A DNA stretch of 64,000 nucleotides from positions 36,366,072-36,430,071 of the forward strand of contig NC_083442.1 of assembly GCF_020745735.1 (NCBI RefSeq), written 5' to 3'. The DNA is from Hemiscyllium ocellatum. Its lineage: Eukaryota. The notes under the pieces were generated by a model that was not told the origin of the DNA, ran no database searches, and was given only the letters and a program-made list of their open reading frames with translations. The position numbers and the translations under genes are program-made. The number at the start of each line of letters is the position of its first letter. The first letter of the stretch is position 1. Below are positions 13,701-22,901 of this stretch, piece by piece.

Positions 13701-16700
13701 ACATTTAAAAAGGTTTAAAAATAAAAATGTATTTGTGGGATGTGGGCATTGCTGGCCAGCCAGCATTTATTGTCCACCCCTAGTTGCCCTTTTGAACTGC
13801 TGCAATCCACCTGCTGTGAGTCAACCCAGAATGCCATTGGGGAGAGAAATCCAAGATTCTGACCCAGTGACAGTGAAAAGACAGTGACATATTTCCAAGT
13901 CAGGGCGGTGACCGGCTTGGAGAGGAATTTGTAGGTGGTGGTATTCCTATAAGACCATAAGATATAGGAGTGGAAGTAAGACCATTTGTCCATCGAGTCC
14001 ACTCCTATGTATCTACTGTTTTGTCCTTCTAGATGAAAGTGATTATAGGTTTGGAATCTGTCTGAGGATCTTCCGTGAATTTCTGCAGTGCATCTTGTAG
14101 ATAGTACACACTGCTGCTATTGAGCGTCAGTGGTGGAGGGAGTGAACGTTTGTGGGTCTAGTGCCAATCAAGCAGGCTGCTTTGTCCTGGATGGTGTCAA
14201 GGTTCTTGAGTATTGTTAGAGCTGCACTCATCACGTGCTATGAAGTATTCCATCACATTCCTGACTTGTGTGTTGTGGATGATGGAATGCAGCCTTGACA
14301 TCAAGGGCTCGCACTCTCACCTCTAGAACTCAGCTCTTTTGTCCATATTTGAACAAAGGCTGTAATGAGGTCAGGAGCTGAGTGACCCAGGTGGAACCCA
14401 AACTGGTGTCACAGAGCAGGTTATAGAATCAGAGATGTATAGCATGGAAACAGCCTCTTCAGTCCAACTCGTCCATGCCAACCAGATATCCTAATCTTAG
14501 AACCCCTACAGATTAATCTAGTCCCATTTGCCAGCATTTGGCCCATTTCCATCTAAACCTTTCCTATTCATATATCCATCCAGATGCTTCTAAATGTTCT
14601 AATTGTATTAGTCTTCACCACTTCCTCTGGCAGCTCATTCCATACAAGCACCACCCTCTGCATGAAAAAGTTGCTTAGGTTCCTTTTAAATCTTTCCCCA
14701 CACAACTTAAACTCATTTCCTCTACTTTCGGACTCCGCTACCCTGGAGGAAAGACCTTGGCTATTCACTCCATCTATGCCCCGCATGAATTTATAAACTT
14801 CTGTAAGGTCACCCCTCAGTCTCCAATGCTCTGGGGAAAAATAGCTCCAACCTATTCACCCTCTCCCTATAACCCAAACCCTTCAATCTCAGCCACATGC
14901 TTGTACATCTTTTCTGAACCCTTTCAAGTTTCCTAAAGCAGGGAGGCCAGAATTCGACATGTCCAAAAGTGTCCTAACCAATGTCCTATACAGCTGTAAC
15001 ATGACCTCAAACTCCTATACTTAATGCACTGACCAACAAAGGCAAATATACTATCTTGTCAACTTTTGACCCTACTTTCAAGAAATTATGAAGCTGCATT
15101 CCAAGGTCTCTTTGTTCAGCACCACTCCTCAGGCTCTTACCTATAACTGTATAAGTCCTACCCATTCAAAATGTAGCACCTCAGATTTATCTAAATTAAA
15201 CTCCATCTGCCACTCCTTGGCCCATCTGCTCAAATCTCGTTGTACACTGAGGCAACCTTCTTGGCTGTCCACTACCCCGCCAATTTGGTGTCACGCTGAA
15301 CAGGTGCTGCTTGATAGCACTCTTGATGACATTTTCCATCATCTTCCTGATGATCCAGAGTAGACTGATTGGACAGTAATTAGCTGGGTTGGATTTGTCC
15401 TGCTTTTTATGTACAGTATACCCTTGGGCAACTTTCTAACATTGTTGGGTACATGCCAGTGTTGTAACAATAGTGGAACAGCTTGGGTTGGGGAGCAGCT
15501 AGATTGCTGTTCTTGGCATTGAATTACTATGGTCTTATCAGGCTTCTACATTTCTTTACCTCATACATGTGCAGTCGTTGTAAAATTTCAACCCCATAGG
15601 TTCTGATCCGTGTGTAGACCCAGCCTGTAGTGAAACGTCGCAGATACACTGGGAGCTGCTGGTGAAACCTAAAATTAAGGAACATTTGTCACTTACTGTA
15701 AGATGAAAAAGAAACACTTACCAAGTAAACACCTGAACATTCAGTTTGACTAAAACACCAAGGTTCTGGATTTTTCTTTGTGCTTTCAGTTTCAAACCAG
15801 TTTGCTATTGTAGACTTTGGTCAGTTGACTCAGTCACTGCAGGATCCAGATTCACAGACAGGTACAGTAGGGAGAATAAAAATATATACTGGGGCAGGAA
15901 GTATGAATATTAACATGACAGTGTAGAGTGAGCTGTACTCTGTACCTAATATGTACTGTCTTGGTCCTGGGAGTGTTTGACAGGGCAGCGTAAAGGACAG
16001 AGAGCTTTACTTTCTTTTTTAAAAGATTAGATGGATCTTAACTCTGTACCGAGCTTTATGCTGTCCCTGTCCTGAAGTGTTTTATGGTGACATTGCTGAC
16101 TGCTTTAATTTCAGTTAAAAGGAGTAGAAGGAGCATTACTCTACATCTAACCCCATGTTGTCCCTGCCTGGGAGTGTTTCATGGAGTCAGTGTAGAGGGA
16201 GATTTACTTTCAGTTTAAAAGAGTAAAGACATTTTTACTTTAAATGACAGTGGGCTTGAGTAAGCCCATGCTATCCCTGTTCTGGAAGTGATTGATGAGG
16301 TCAATGTAAAGAGAGCTTTACTTTTAGTTTAAAAGACTAGAATAAGTTTTATTCTGTATCTAACCCTATGCTATTCCTGTCCTAGAACTTGTGATGCGAG
16401 TTATCCAAATTTGTACTGCTTGCTAATGATTTTGCACTACATTCAGCCATCTAAACTCCATACTGAATTCAAAATCTGTACTAACAAAGACCTCAAGCCA
16501 ACTCTAGCTTGGCAACTTGCCATACTGCCTCACGAAACATATACCCTCACACTTCAAACTCCAGCCTTTCCTTGGATTACTGTTTTCACTTAACATTTGG
16601 TAATTCTTATGTCATACTTTCTCTTCACTTCTTCTGTTTCTTACGTCACGCTCTCTCTGTTGTCCTTGTGAAATATTCTAGGGTTATTTGCTGAATTAGA

Positions 16701-19700
16701 GATTTGGGAGGTGCAGCACTAACAAGAAAGAATGCGTTGTTCCCATGAAACTGCTGGCCAGGAGATAGTCCCCACACTGTGCAATCCTGCTCTTTACCTG
16801 ATGTCACTGTTCTCCAGCTGGCTCCATTTCTCCTTGGCGGTTTTACAAATCTGGAGAGCATCACTCCAAAACCCACTGGTCATCGCGGTGATTACCTCGG
16901 CCAGTGATTGCACGGCTTCATTATATCTATCAGAGACAGTCAACACACCTATTAGGGAGCAGATGAGCACCTTTGGATATGGAGTCTATGATGGAGCAAA
17001 CTGACTGTGCCAGTCAGAAAAGTGTTTGAATAAATGCAGAGTAGTAATTCTACATTGAAGTCAAAACCACAGTCAGCATAATGCTGTACAACCGCCATGG
17101 GGAGCTTTGCACACCCTAACACCCATTCACTCAACAACATGTCCAACCCCTCTACCTATTCCACCTATAATTGATCTGGCTAGACATAGAAGCAATTCCT
17201 AGCTTGGGTGGGTTTGCCATTAACTGTATGGATGCTGCAGTTAGAGTGGATCAAGATGTAGCATCACCTGAGCAGGTCATCTCTGTGTTGGAATATTTTC
17301 TTCTCCCTCAGCACAGTGTAACTAGGGAAGGTGACATGACCCATGTTGACCATGAGCACAGTGGACAGCTGATTCTGGCCAGCACAGGCTGCTTCCTCTT
17401 CATCTGTGTAGTCCGTCAGATTGAAAAGTAGTAATAGCCGTGAGAACACGGCACGGGCTGGAGCAGCAACTTTCACACAATTTCCGACCATCTTCTTCAC
17501 CCTGACAACACACATCGTTGTTAAACAAAAGCCATTGAGTTAGGCAGGATTTAAATTTTAAGTACACAGTCATAGAGTTCTACAGCATGGAAAAAGAGCC
17601 TTTGATCCAACTCGTTCACACCAACCAGATATCCTAAACTGATCTAGTCCAATTTGCCAGCATTTGGCCCATATCCCTTAAACCCTTCATATTTATATAC
17701 CCATCCAGATGCCTTTTAATATTGTAATTGTACCCACCTCCACCATTTCCTCTGGCAGCTCATTCCATACACACTACCCTTAGCCTATTCAGCTTCTCCA
17801 TATAGCTCAATCTCTCTAATCTCAGGAACATCCTTGCAAATCTTTTCTGAAACCTTTCAAGTTTAACAACATTTTTCCTTGAGCAAAGAGACCAGAATGT
17901 ATATGCTAAAAGTGGCCTCACCAATGTTCTGTACAAAGTCATTTCAGCTAACTGGTCTCTGTTTATGCTGCACATCAGCCTTGTCTCAGCTTTCTTCATC
18001 AACTTTTATCAGCTCATACTTTCGTTCCTTAGTGCTTATTCTACTTTTCAATGAACATACTGACTTTAAAAGAGCAAAGAGAGCACACAGGCCCCACAGC
18101 ATTGACAGTACCATCAGTTATCATGTAGTCCCTCCCTAACTGCTACCCGTCAAGAGTCTGCACACTGTCCCAGTCCAAAAACCTCCCACAATTAGAAACT
18201 TTGCCTTTGCCCTCCTCTACAACCCAAATCCCTCAACCTCCTAGACCAGATTCACTTCCCCCTTGCTTTATCCCTCCCTGGAGCAGAGACACCCCCATCC
18301 TATTGCTTTTACTTGCCCCCTCACTGGGGCATGGGCTCCACTCTGCTCTAACATGCAGCTGGTATAAAGTTAAATGGTGTCTTTTGAAAGACCTGTTGAG
18401 AATGGCGAGGCCAGGACTCGATGGCTTCTGATTGCAGCTGAAGATTGATTGTTGCTTCGCCAAATGTAGCAGAGACTCCAATATTTCTGCCCTCTGACCC
18501 TGGGATCGCAGGTGGAAGCTTCTCGCCATTAGTTTGAGTTCAGGAGCAGATAGCAGGTTCAGGGCCTCTGAGACATTGCATAAATCTGACTCTGGGAAGG
18601 TGAAAAGATCATTGTCAGTGTATAACACACTGGGACCCAGGATAGTATGGGCCAGGAATGCCTGGGGAATGGGGGATAAACAATGTAAATAGGGGACAGT
18701 TGCTGCCTCCCCCGGGACCCTGAGCTTAGCCCAAATTGAATGTTTACTGCAGCAACACCATTGGTTTCACATGTATATGGCACAGCATCTGAAGAACAGC
18801 AAAAGGCCCTAAGATTTTACTGGAGAGTGGCAAAGGTTAGTAACAGATCAAATAAAGAAGCAGGCCCTTTCCTGGTGAAGGGTGTATGCCCAAAATGCCA
18901 ATTCTCCTGCTCCTCAGATGCTACCTGACCTGCTGTGCTTTTCCAGCACCACACTCTTGCCGCAGGCACTGAGTGAATAGAAGAAATTTACCAACGGTTG
19001 AGGTTTAAGAAAGTTTGTCAGATGCAGGGTAGAAAGTCTAAGATGGTGGCCAAATGAATTGGTGAGGGTCACAGCATGCTGCAGTCATGGAGATGGAAAA
19101 AGATTCTATATTCATTAACACCGCTATCTTCAATTTGCTGATTAAAATCTACCCTCCTCATGGGAGTCCATACCTGTCAGTAACAAGCCTGCAAGGCTCA
19201 GTTCCTTAATGGTGGGGGTCAGATCCAGACCAATATCAGGATAATTCAGTTTAGTCACTTTCAACCAATTCAACTTCCGTTGAAAGAGTCGCACATAGAG
19301 CTTTTGGCCAGTTGCTGTGGATAAAATGAAGCACTCAGTAAGTAGAGCAAGTAAACAGTAACATGAGTTAAGGACATTCTTTTATGTCAGCTGCCAGTTT
19401 TTACTTTTTTGATACTTTTCCTTTTGTTTTCATGCAGGAGGACATCACTGGCTAGGCCAGCATTTATTGCCCAAACTTAAGGGTCAACCACATTGCCATG
19501 GGTCCAGAGGCACATTTAGAGTCATAGAGATGTACAGCACAGAAACAGACCCTTCAGTGCAACTCGTCTATGCCATCAGATATCCTAAATTAATCTAGTC
19601 CCATTTGCCAACATTTGGCCGATACCCTTTGAAACCCTTCCTATTCATATACCCATCCAGATGCCTTTTAGATGTTGTAATTGTACCAGCCTCCACCAAT

Positions 19701-21960
19701 TCCTCTGACAGCTCATTTCATATATCCACCACCCTCTGTGTGAAAAGGGTTTTAAATGTTTCTCCCCACTTAGGCCAGACCAAATAAGGAGAGACAGGCA
19801 GAAGGCTAGAAGAACACAGCAAGCCAGGCAGCATCAGGAGGTGGAGAAGTCGACATTTTGGGTGTAATCCTTCTTCAGGACTGAGGGGTGGGTGTGGGAC
19901 AAGCTGCAAATAAAGGGGGTGGCAGTGGCAGGGTGGTGAAGTGGAGATAGGTGAAGACAGGTAGAGGATATAATCTGCTTGGTCAATAGGAGGAATGAAT
20001 CCAGTTGGTGGCAGTGAGTTGTGGAAGAGTTGGGGAGGTGCTGGGAAGGGAGATTATTTGAAATTGGAGAACTGAATGTTGAGTCCTCCAGGCTGTGGAC
20101 CGCCCAAGTAGAAGGGGTTTTTAGATTACTTACAGTGTGGAAACAGGCCCTTCGGCCCAACAAGTCCACACCGACCCGCCGAAGCGCAACCCACCCATAC
20201 CCTTACATTTACCCCTTACCTAACACTACGGGCAATTTAGCATGGCCAATTCACCTGACCTGCACATCTTTGGACTGTGGGAGGAAACCGGAGCACCCGG
20301 AGGAAACCCACGCAGACACGGGGAGAATGTGCAAACTCCACACAGTCAGTCGCCTGAGTCGGGAATTGAACCCGGGTCTCTGGTGCTGTGAGGCAGCAGT
20401 GCTAACCACTGTGCCACCGTGCCGCCCTAAATTGGGTTGTTCCTCCAATTTCCATCTCTGGTGACAGCCTTCAGATGGACATTTAGTACAAGCCCACATC
20501 CACAAATAACTGCCTGGAGTACACCTCCTCCCCAGTATCCTACAAGAACTCCACCCCATTCTCCCAAGTCCTCCGCCTCTACTGCATCTGCTCTGATGAA
20601 GAGACAGTCCACGCGCCAGCATCTCACGTCTACCTATTTCGCGTAATGTGCGTCTCCTCCATCTGTCATCCAGACAGCCCTCCATCGCACCATCTACATT
20701 CTCCGTTCCATTGCTCTAAGTCCCGCACAATGCAATAAAGAGTCTCCCTCATCCTCACCTGCCACTGCAACAGTCTCTGCATCCAACGCATCATCCTTAA
20801 ACACTTCTGCCAAATCCAACTAGACCCCATCACCAAGAACATCTTCCCCTCTCTGCTCAAGACATTTGAATTATGATTCCAATAACACAACAGCCAAGAT
20901 CCTTTGGCTCTGGAGTGGTACGCAGGGATGTTGTTGTTGATTGTTCTCCAAAAAAAAAGCAGCAAGTGGGCTTCCTATCAAATCTCAAAGAATTCTAGGC
21001 GAAGTAGGTTCCACCACCCCCACAATGACTCCTGAGTCAGAGACAGGCTCTAGTTCTATTCATACAACAACACATTGAGCCTTGGGAGGCCTGACCACTC
21101 CACCTGGTCTGGATCACTCAGTGCTCTGCTCTCCTGAGACCAGCAGGAGCTGCCCGAATGGACTTGGCCACAATTTACTGCCAGCTCAGTGCCTCTGTCT
21201 AATCACCTGAGAGTTTCTGGAAAGTTCCTAGCCAGTAATTATCATCTTCATTGAAAAGCTCTTTATCTTCACTCGCCAGAACCGCTTCCATCACCAGCAG
21301 GAAATTGCTCAGGTAATAAGGGACGGGAGGCCTGCCCTTCCCCGGACCCGCTCCCTCCCCGGGGGCGGGGGCCGGGGCCGCTCCCTCCCCGGGGGCAGAG
21401 TCAGGGTCCGCTCCCTCCCCGGGGGCGGGGGCCGGGGCCGCTCCCTCCCCGGGGGCAGAGTCAGGGTCCGCTCCCTCCCCGGGGGCGGGGGCCGGGGCCG
21501 CTCCCTCCCCGGGGGCAGAGTCAGGGTCCGCTCCCTCCCCGGGGGCAGGGGCCGGGGCCGGGGCCGCTCCCTCCCCGGGGGCGGGGGCCGGGGCCGCTCC
21601 CTCCCCGGGGGCAGAGTCAGGGTCCGCTCCCTCCCCGGGGGCGGGGGCCGGGGCCGCTCCCTCCCCGGGGGCAGGGGCAGGGTCAGGGTCAGGGTCAAGG
21701 GCCGGGGCCGCTCCCTCCCCGGGGGCAGGGGCAGGGTCAGGGTCAGGGTCAAGGGCCGGGGCCGCTCCCTCCCGGGGGGCGGGGGCCGCTCTCCGATGCC
21801 GCCTCGAGAGTCTGCATGGAAGGCGGCCGCTTCTGCTGTCAGCGCCGCGGGCACCAGTCCGTGTTTCTGGCGGGGCCGGGGCCGGGGGCGGGGGGTTCAG
21901 GCCGCCCCGAGCTCGGAGAGAAAGGCGGGAGCACGGCCTCTTCGGGACAGGGGACAACAT
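10655..21960 (-). CDS. FAN1: Fanconi-associated nuclease 1, 13 coding exons, 2583 nt / 860 aa: complement(join(10655..10792,10928..11056,11387..11581,11886..11989,12068..12233,12909..13073,13413..13532,15560..15668,16798..16926,17268..17501,18393..18591,19174..19314,21207..21960))
   Basis: All introns GT-AG and phases consistent. Motifs [24 protein letters not shown]-region [11 protein letters not shown]-region [17 protein letters not shown] and GIHGEG are present. The VRR-nuc PD-(D/E)xK motif is intact (GLPDLVVWN...LAEVKGP). Confidence 0.96.
10928..11056 (-). CDS. FAN1: FAN1 exon 12 (catalytic PD)
   Basis: [43 protein letters not shown]. Confidence 0.95.
11125..11334. mobile_element. Tc1/pogo(Tigger)-type MITE in a FAN1 intron
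   Basis: TA|CAGAGGAACCTCGATTATC ... GATAATCCCGGTTCCTCTG|TA terminal inverted repeats with TA TSD. Confidence 0.85.
11387..11581 (-). CDS. FAN1: FAN1 exon 11
   Basis: [23 protein letters not shown]...[14 protein letters not shown]. Confidence 0.93.
11886..11989 (-). CDS. FAN1: FAN1 exon 10
   Basis: [35 protein letters not shown]. Confidence 0.95.
12068..12233 (-). CDS. FAN1: FAN1 exon 9
   Basis: VTIKGRSCP...[19 protein letters not shown]. Confidence 0.94.
12909..13073 (-). CDS. FAN1: FAN1 exon 8
   Basis: AIHCLRKGL...[20 protein letters not shown]...VQDVPH. Confidence 0.94.
13413..13532 (-). CDS. FAN1: FAN1 exon 7
   Basis: [40 protein letters not shown]. Confidence 0.94.
13715..15495 (-). 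mobile_element. L2/CR1-clade LINE fragment interrupted by a CR1 (14424-15290, -)
   Basis: Same family as 42760-43560, 51290-52650 and 61262-62075. The nested CR1 gives ORF 14568..14786. Confidence 0.8.
15560..15668 (-). CDS. FAN1: FAN1 exon 6
   Basis: [36 protein letters not shown]. Confidence 0.94.
15915..16385. repeat. Degenerate tandem repeat (~65-90 bp units)
   Basis: Recurrent GACAGTGTAGAGGGAGCTTTACTCTGTATCTAACCC...TGCTGTCCCTGTCCTGGGAGTGTTT. Confidence 0.75.
16798..16926 (-). CDS. FAN1: FAN1 exon 5
   Basis: [43 protein letters not shown]. Confidence 0.9.
17268..17501 (-). CDS. FAN1: FAN1 exon 4
   Basis: VKKMVG...[11 protein letters not shown]...HRDDLLR. Confidence 0.94.
17566..17945 (-). 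mobile_element. CR1 3' fragment
   Basis: [10 protein letters not shown]...[12 protein letters not shown] plus CR1 tail. Confidence 0.8.
18393..18591 (-). CDS. FAN1: FAN1 exon 3 (SAP region)
   Basis: [20 protein letters not shown]...GLAILNR. Confidence 0.93.
19174..19314 (-). CDS. FAN1: FAN1 exon 2 (141 nt)
   Basis: [47 protein letters not shown]; cag/gt boundaries. Confidence 0.94.
19785..20860. mobile_element. Penelope-like element fragments in inverted arrangement, interrupted by an HE1 SINE
   Basis: pLTR with hammerhead motif at 19849-19882 (-). The plus-strand RT C-terminal fragment resembles part of the PLE at 46613-48393. Confidence 0.7.
20121..20426 (-). mobile_element. HE1 V-SINE (tRNA-derived), apparently young full-length copy
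   Basis: GGCGGCACGGTGGCACAGTGGTTAGCAC (A box), GGTTCAATTCC (B box), V-domain TGTGTGGAGTTTGCACATTCTCCCCGTGTCTGCGTGGGTTTCC, LINE-like tail; CpGs retained. Confidence 0.9.
21207..21960 (-). CDS. FAN1: FAN1 coding exon 1 (contains coding VNTR)
   Basis: gtc[12 protein letters not shown]...[10 protein letters not shown]...FQKLS g|gtgat. An in-frame ATG at 21999 is possible but overlaps the CCAAT cluster. Confidence 0.85.
21345..21790. repeat. Coding GC-rich minisatellite, ~30-bp units
   Basis: Core CCGCTCCCTCCCCGGGGG followed by CGGGGGCCGGGG, CAGAGTCAGGGT or (TCAGGG)n variants; encodes [10 protein letters not shown] / [10 protein letters not shown]. Confidence 0.95.
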
Positions 21961-21964
21961 GACA

Positions 21965-22215
21965 GCAGAGGTCCCGCCTTTAGCAGGCCGACCAATCATA
22001 GCCCAGATTGGACCCACCCTTCACAGACCAACCAATCACAACCTGGTCCCGGCCCTTCGCTGCGCCAACCAATCAGATTGCAAGAATTGGCCCATGGTCA
22101 CGGTGCGGGAGCCTATTGGCATTTCTCTGGTGACCCAGCATTAAAACTAAATCAGAAACAGCCCAATAAACATTTGCATTGAATCACGATCGAGTATTTT
22201 TGCGCTGCGTACGAT
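21965..22215 (-). promoter_or_regulatory. FAN1 CpG-rich promoter with seven CCAAT boxes and a GC box
   Basis: CCAAT/ATTGG at 21992, 22007, 22032, 22069, 22086, 22115 and 22163; CCCGCC at 21973; CpG-rich. Confidence 0.75.
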
Positions 22216-22221
22216 GTTTAT

Positions 22222-22526
22222 AGATTAGATTCCCTACAGTGTGGAAACAGGCCCTTCAGCCCAACAAGTCCACATTGACCCTTCAAAGAGTAACCTACCC
22301 AAACCCATTTCCCTCTGACTAATGCACCTAACACTGTGGGGAATTTAGCATTGCCAATTCACCTAACCTGCATATCTTTGGACTATGGGAGAAAACCAGA
22401 GCACCCAGAGGAAACCTACTTAGACGCAGGGAGAACGTGCAAACTCCACACACACAGTTGCCCGAGGCCAGAATTGAACCTAGGTGCCTGGTGCTGAAAG
22501 GCAGCTATGCTAACCACTGAGCCACC
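22222..22526 (-). mobile_element. HE1 V-SINE between the MPHOSPH10 poly(A) site and the FAN1 promoter
   Basis: Homologous to 20121-20426. Confidence 0.85.
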
Positions 22527-22648
22527 TATACTTTTAGAGCTTTTGTTTACTCTTGATATTTTGTGTTTACTGCAACCAGCAAAGGTATTATCCAACATTT
22601 GTGACACAGGTGAATAAGAGACCTCCACACAGCATAAAAGAAAACTCT

Positions 22649-22654
22649 TTTATT
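22649..22654 (-). terminator. Poly(A) signal AATAAA of MPHOSPH10
   Basis: About 100 nt after the stop, followed by U/GU-rich sequence on the minus strand. Confidence 0.7.
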
Positions 22655-22751
22655 TAGAAACGGTCATGTTTTAAAATAAAGATGATTCTGGAATGCTCTT
22701 ATGTACAGGATGCAGGTAAGTATCTGTGTAAAGGAGTTGAAGGGCATGGTG

Positions 22752-22901
22752 TTAAAGTTTCAGCTTGCTTGTCGATAGCGCTCTTGGTTTGTTTTGCTTG
22801 TTGGCTTTCATCTTGGCTTCTCTCAGATCAGCTTTCACTTGATCTTGTAACTGGGAGAAAAAGGCCTTTGACGAGCGTAGAGTTTTGTCTTTCCCTTCAT
22901 C
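22752..22901 (-). CDS. MPHOSPH10: MPHOSPH10 exon 11 (stop)
   Basis: [23 protein letters not shown]...STSKLKL*. Confidence 0.93.
   Translation of the reverse strand, partial: DEGKDKTLRSSKAFFSQLQDQVKADLREAKMKANKQNKPRALSTSKLKL

Noticed and set aside
15915-16385. CRISPR-like repeat-spacer pattern
   Set aside because: Degenerate eukaryotic tandem repeat with no unique spacers and no cas genes
20350-20426. tRNA gene
   Set aside because: The A and B boxes belong to the HE1 SINE head and run straight into the V-domain
21796-22182. Plus-strand ORF containing SPCF, resembling the FAN1 SPYF box
   Set aside because: Wrong strand; a shadow ORF of the GC-rich exon and promoter
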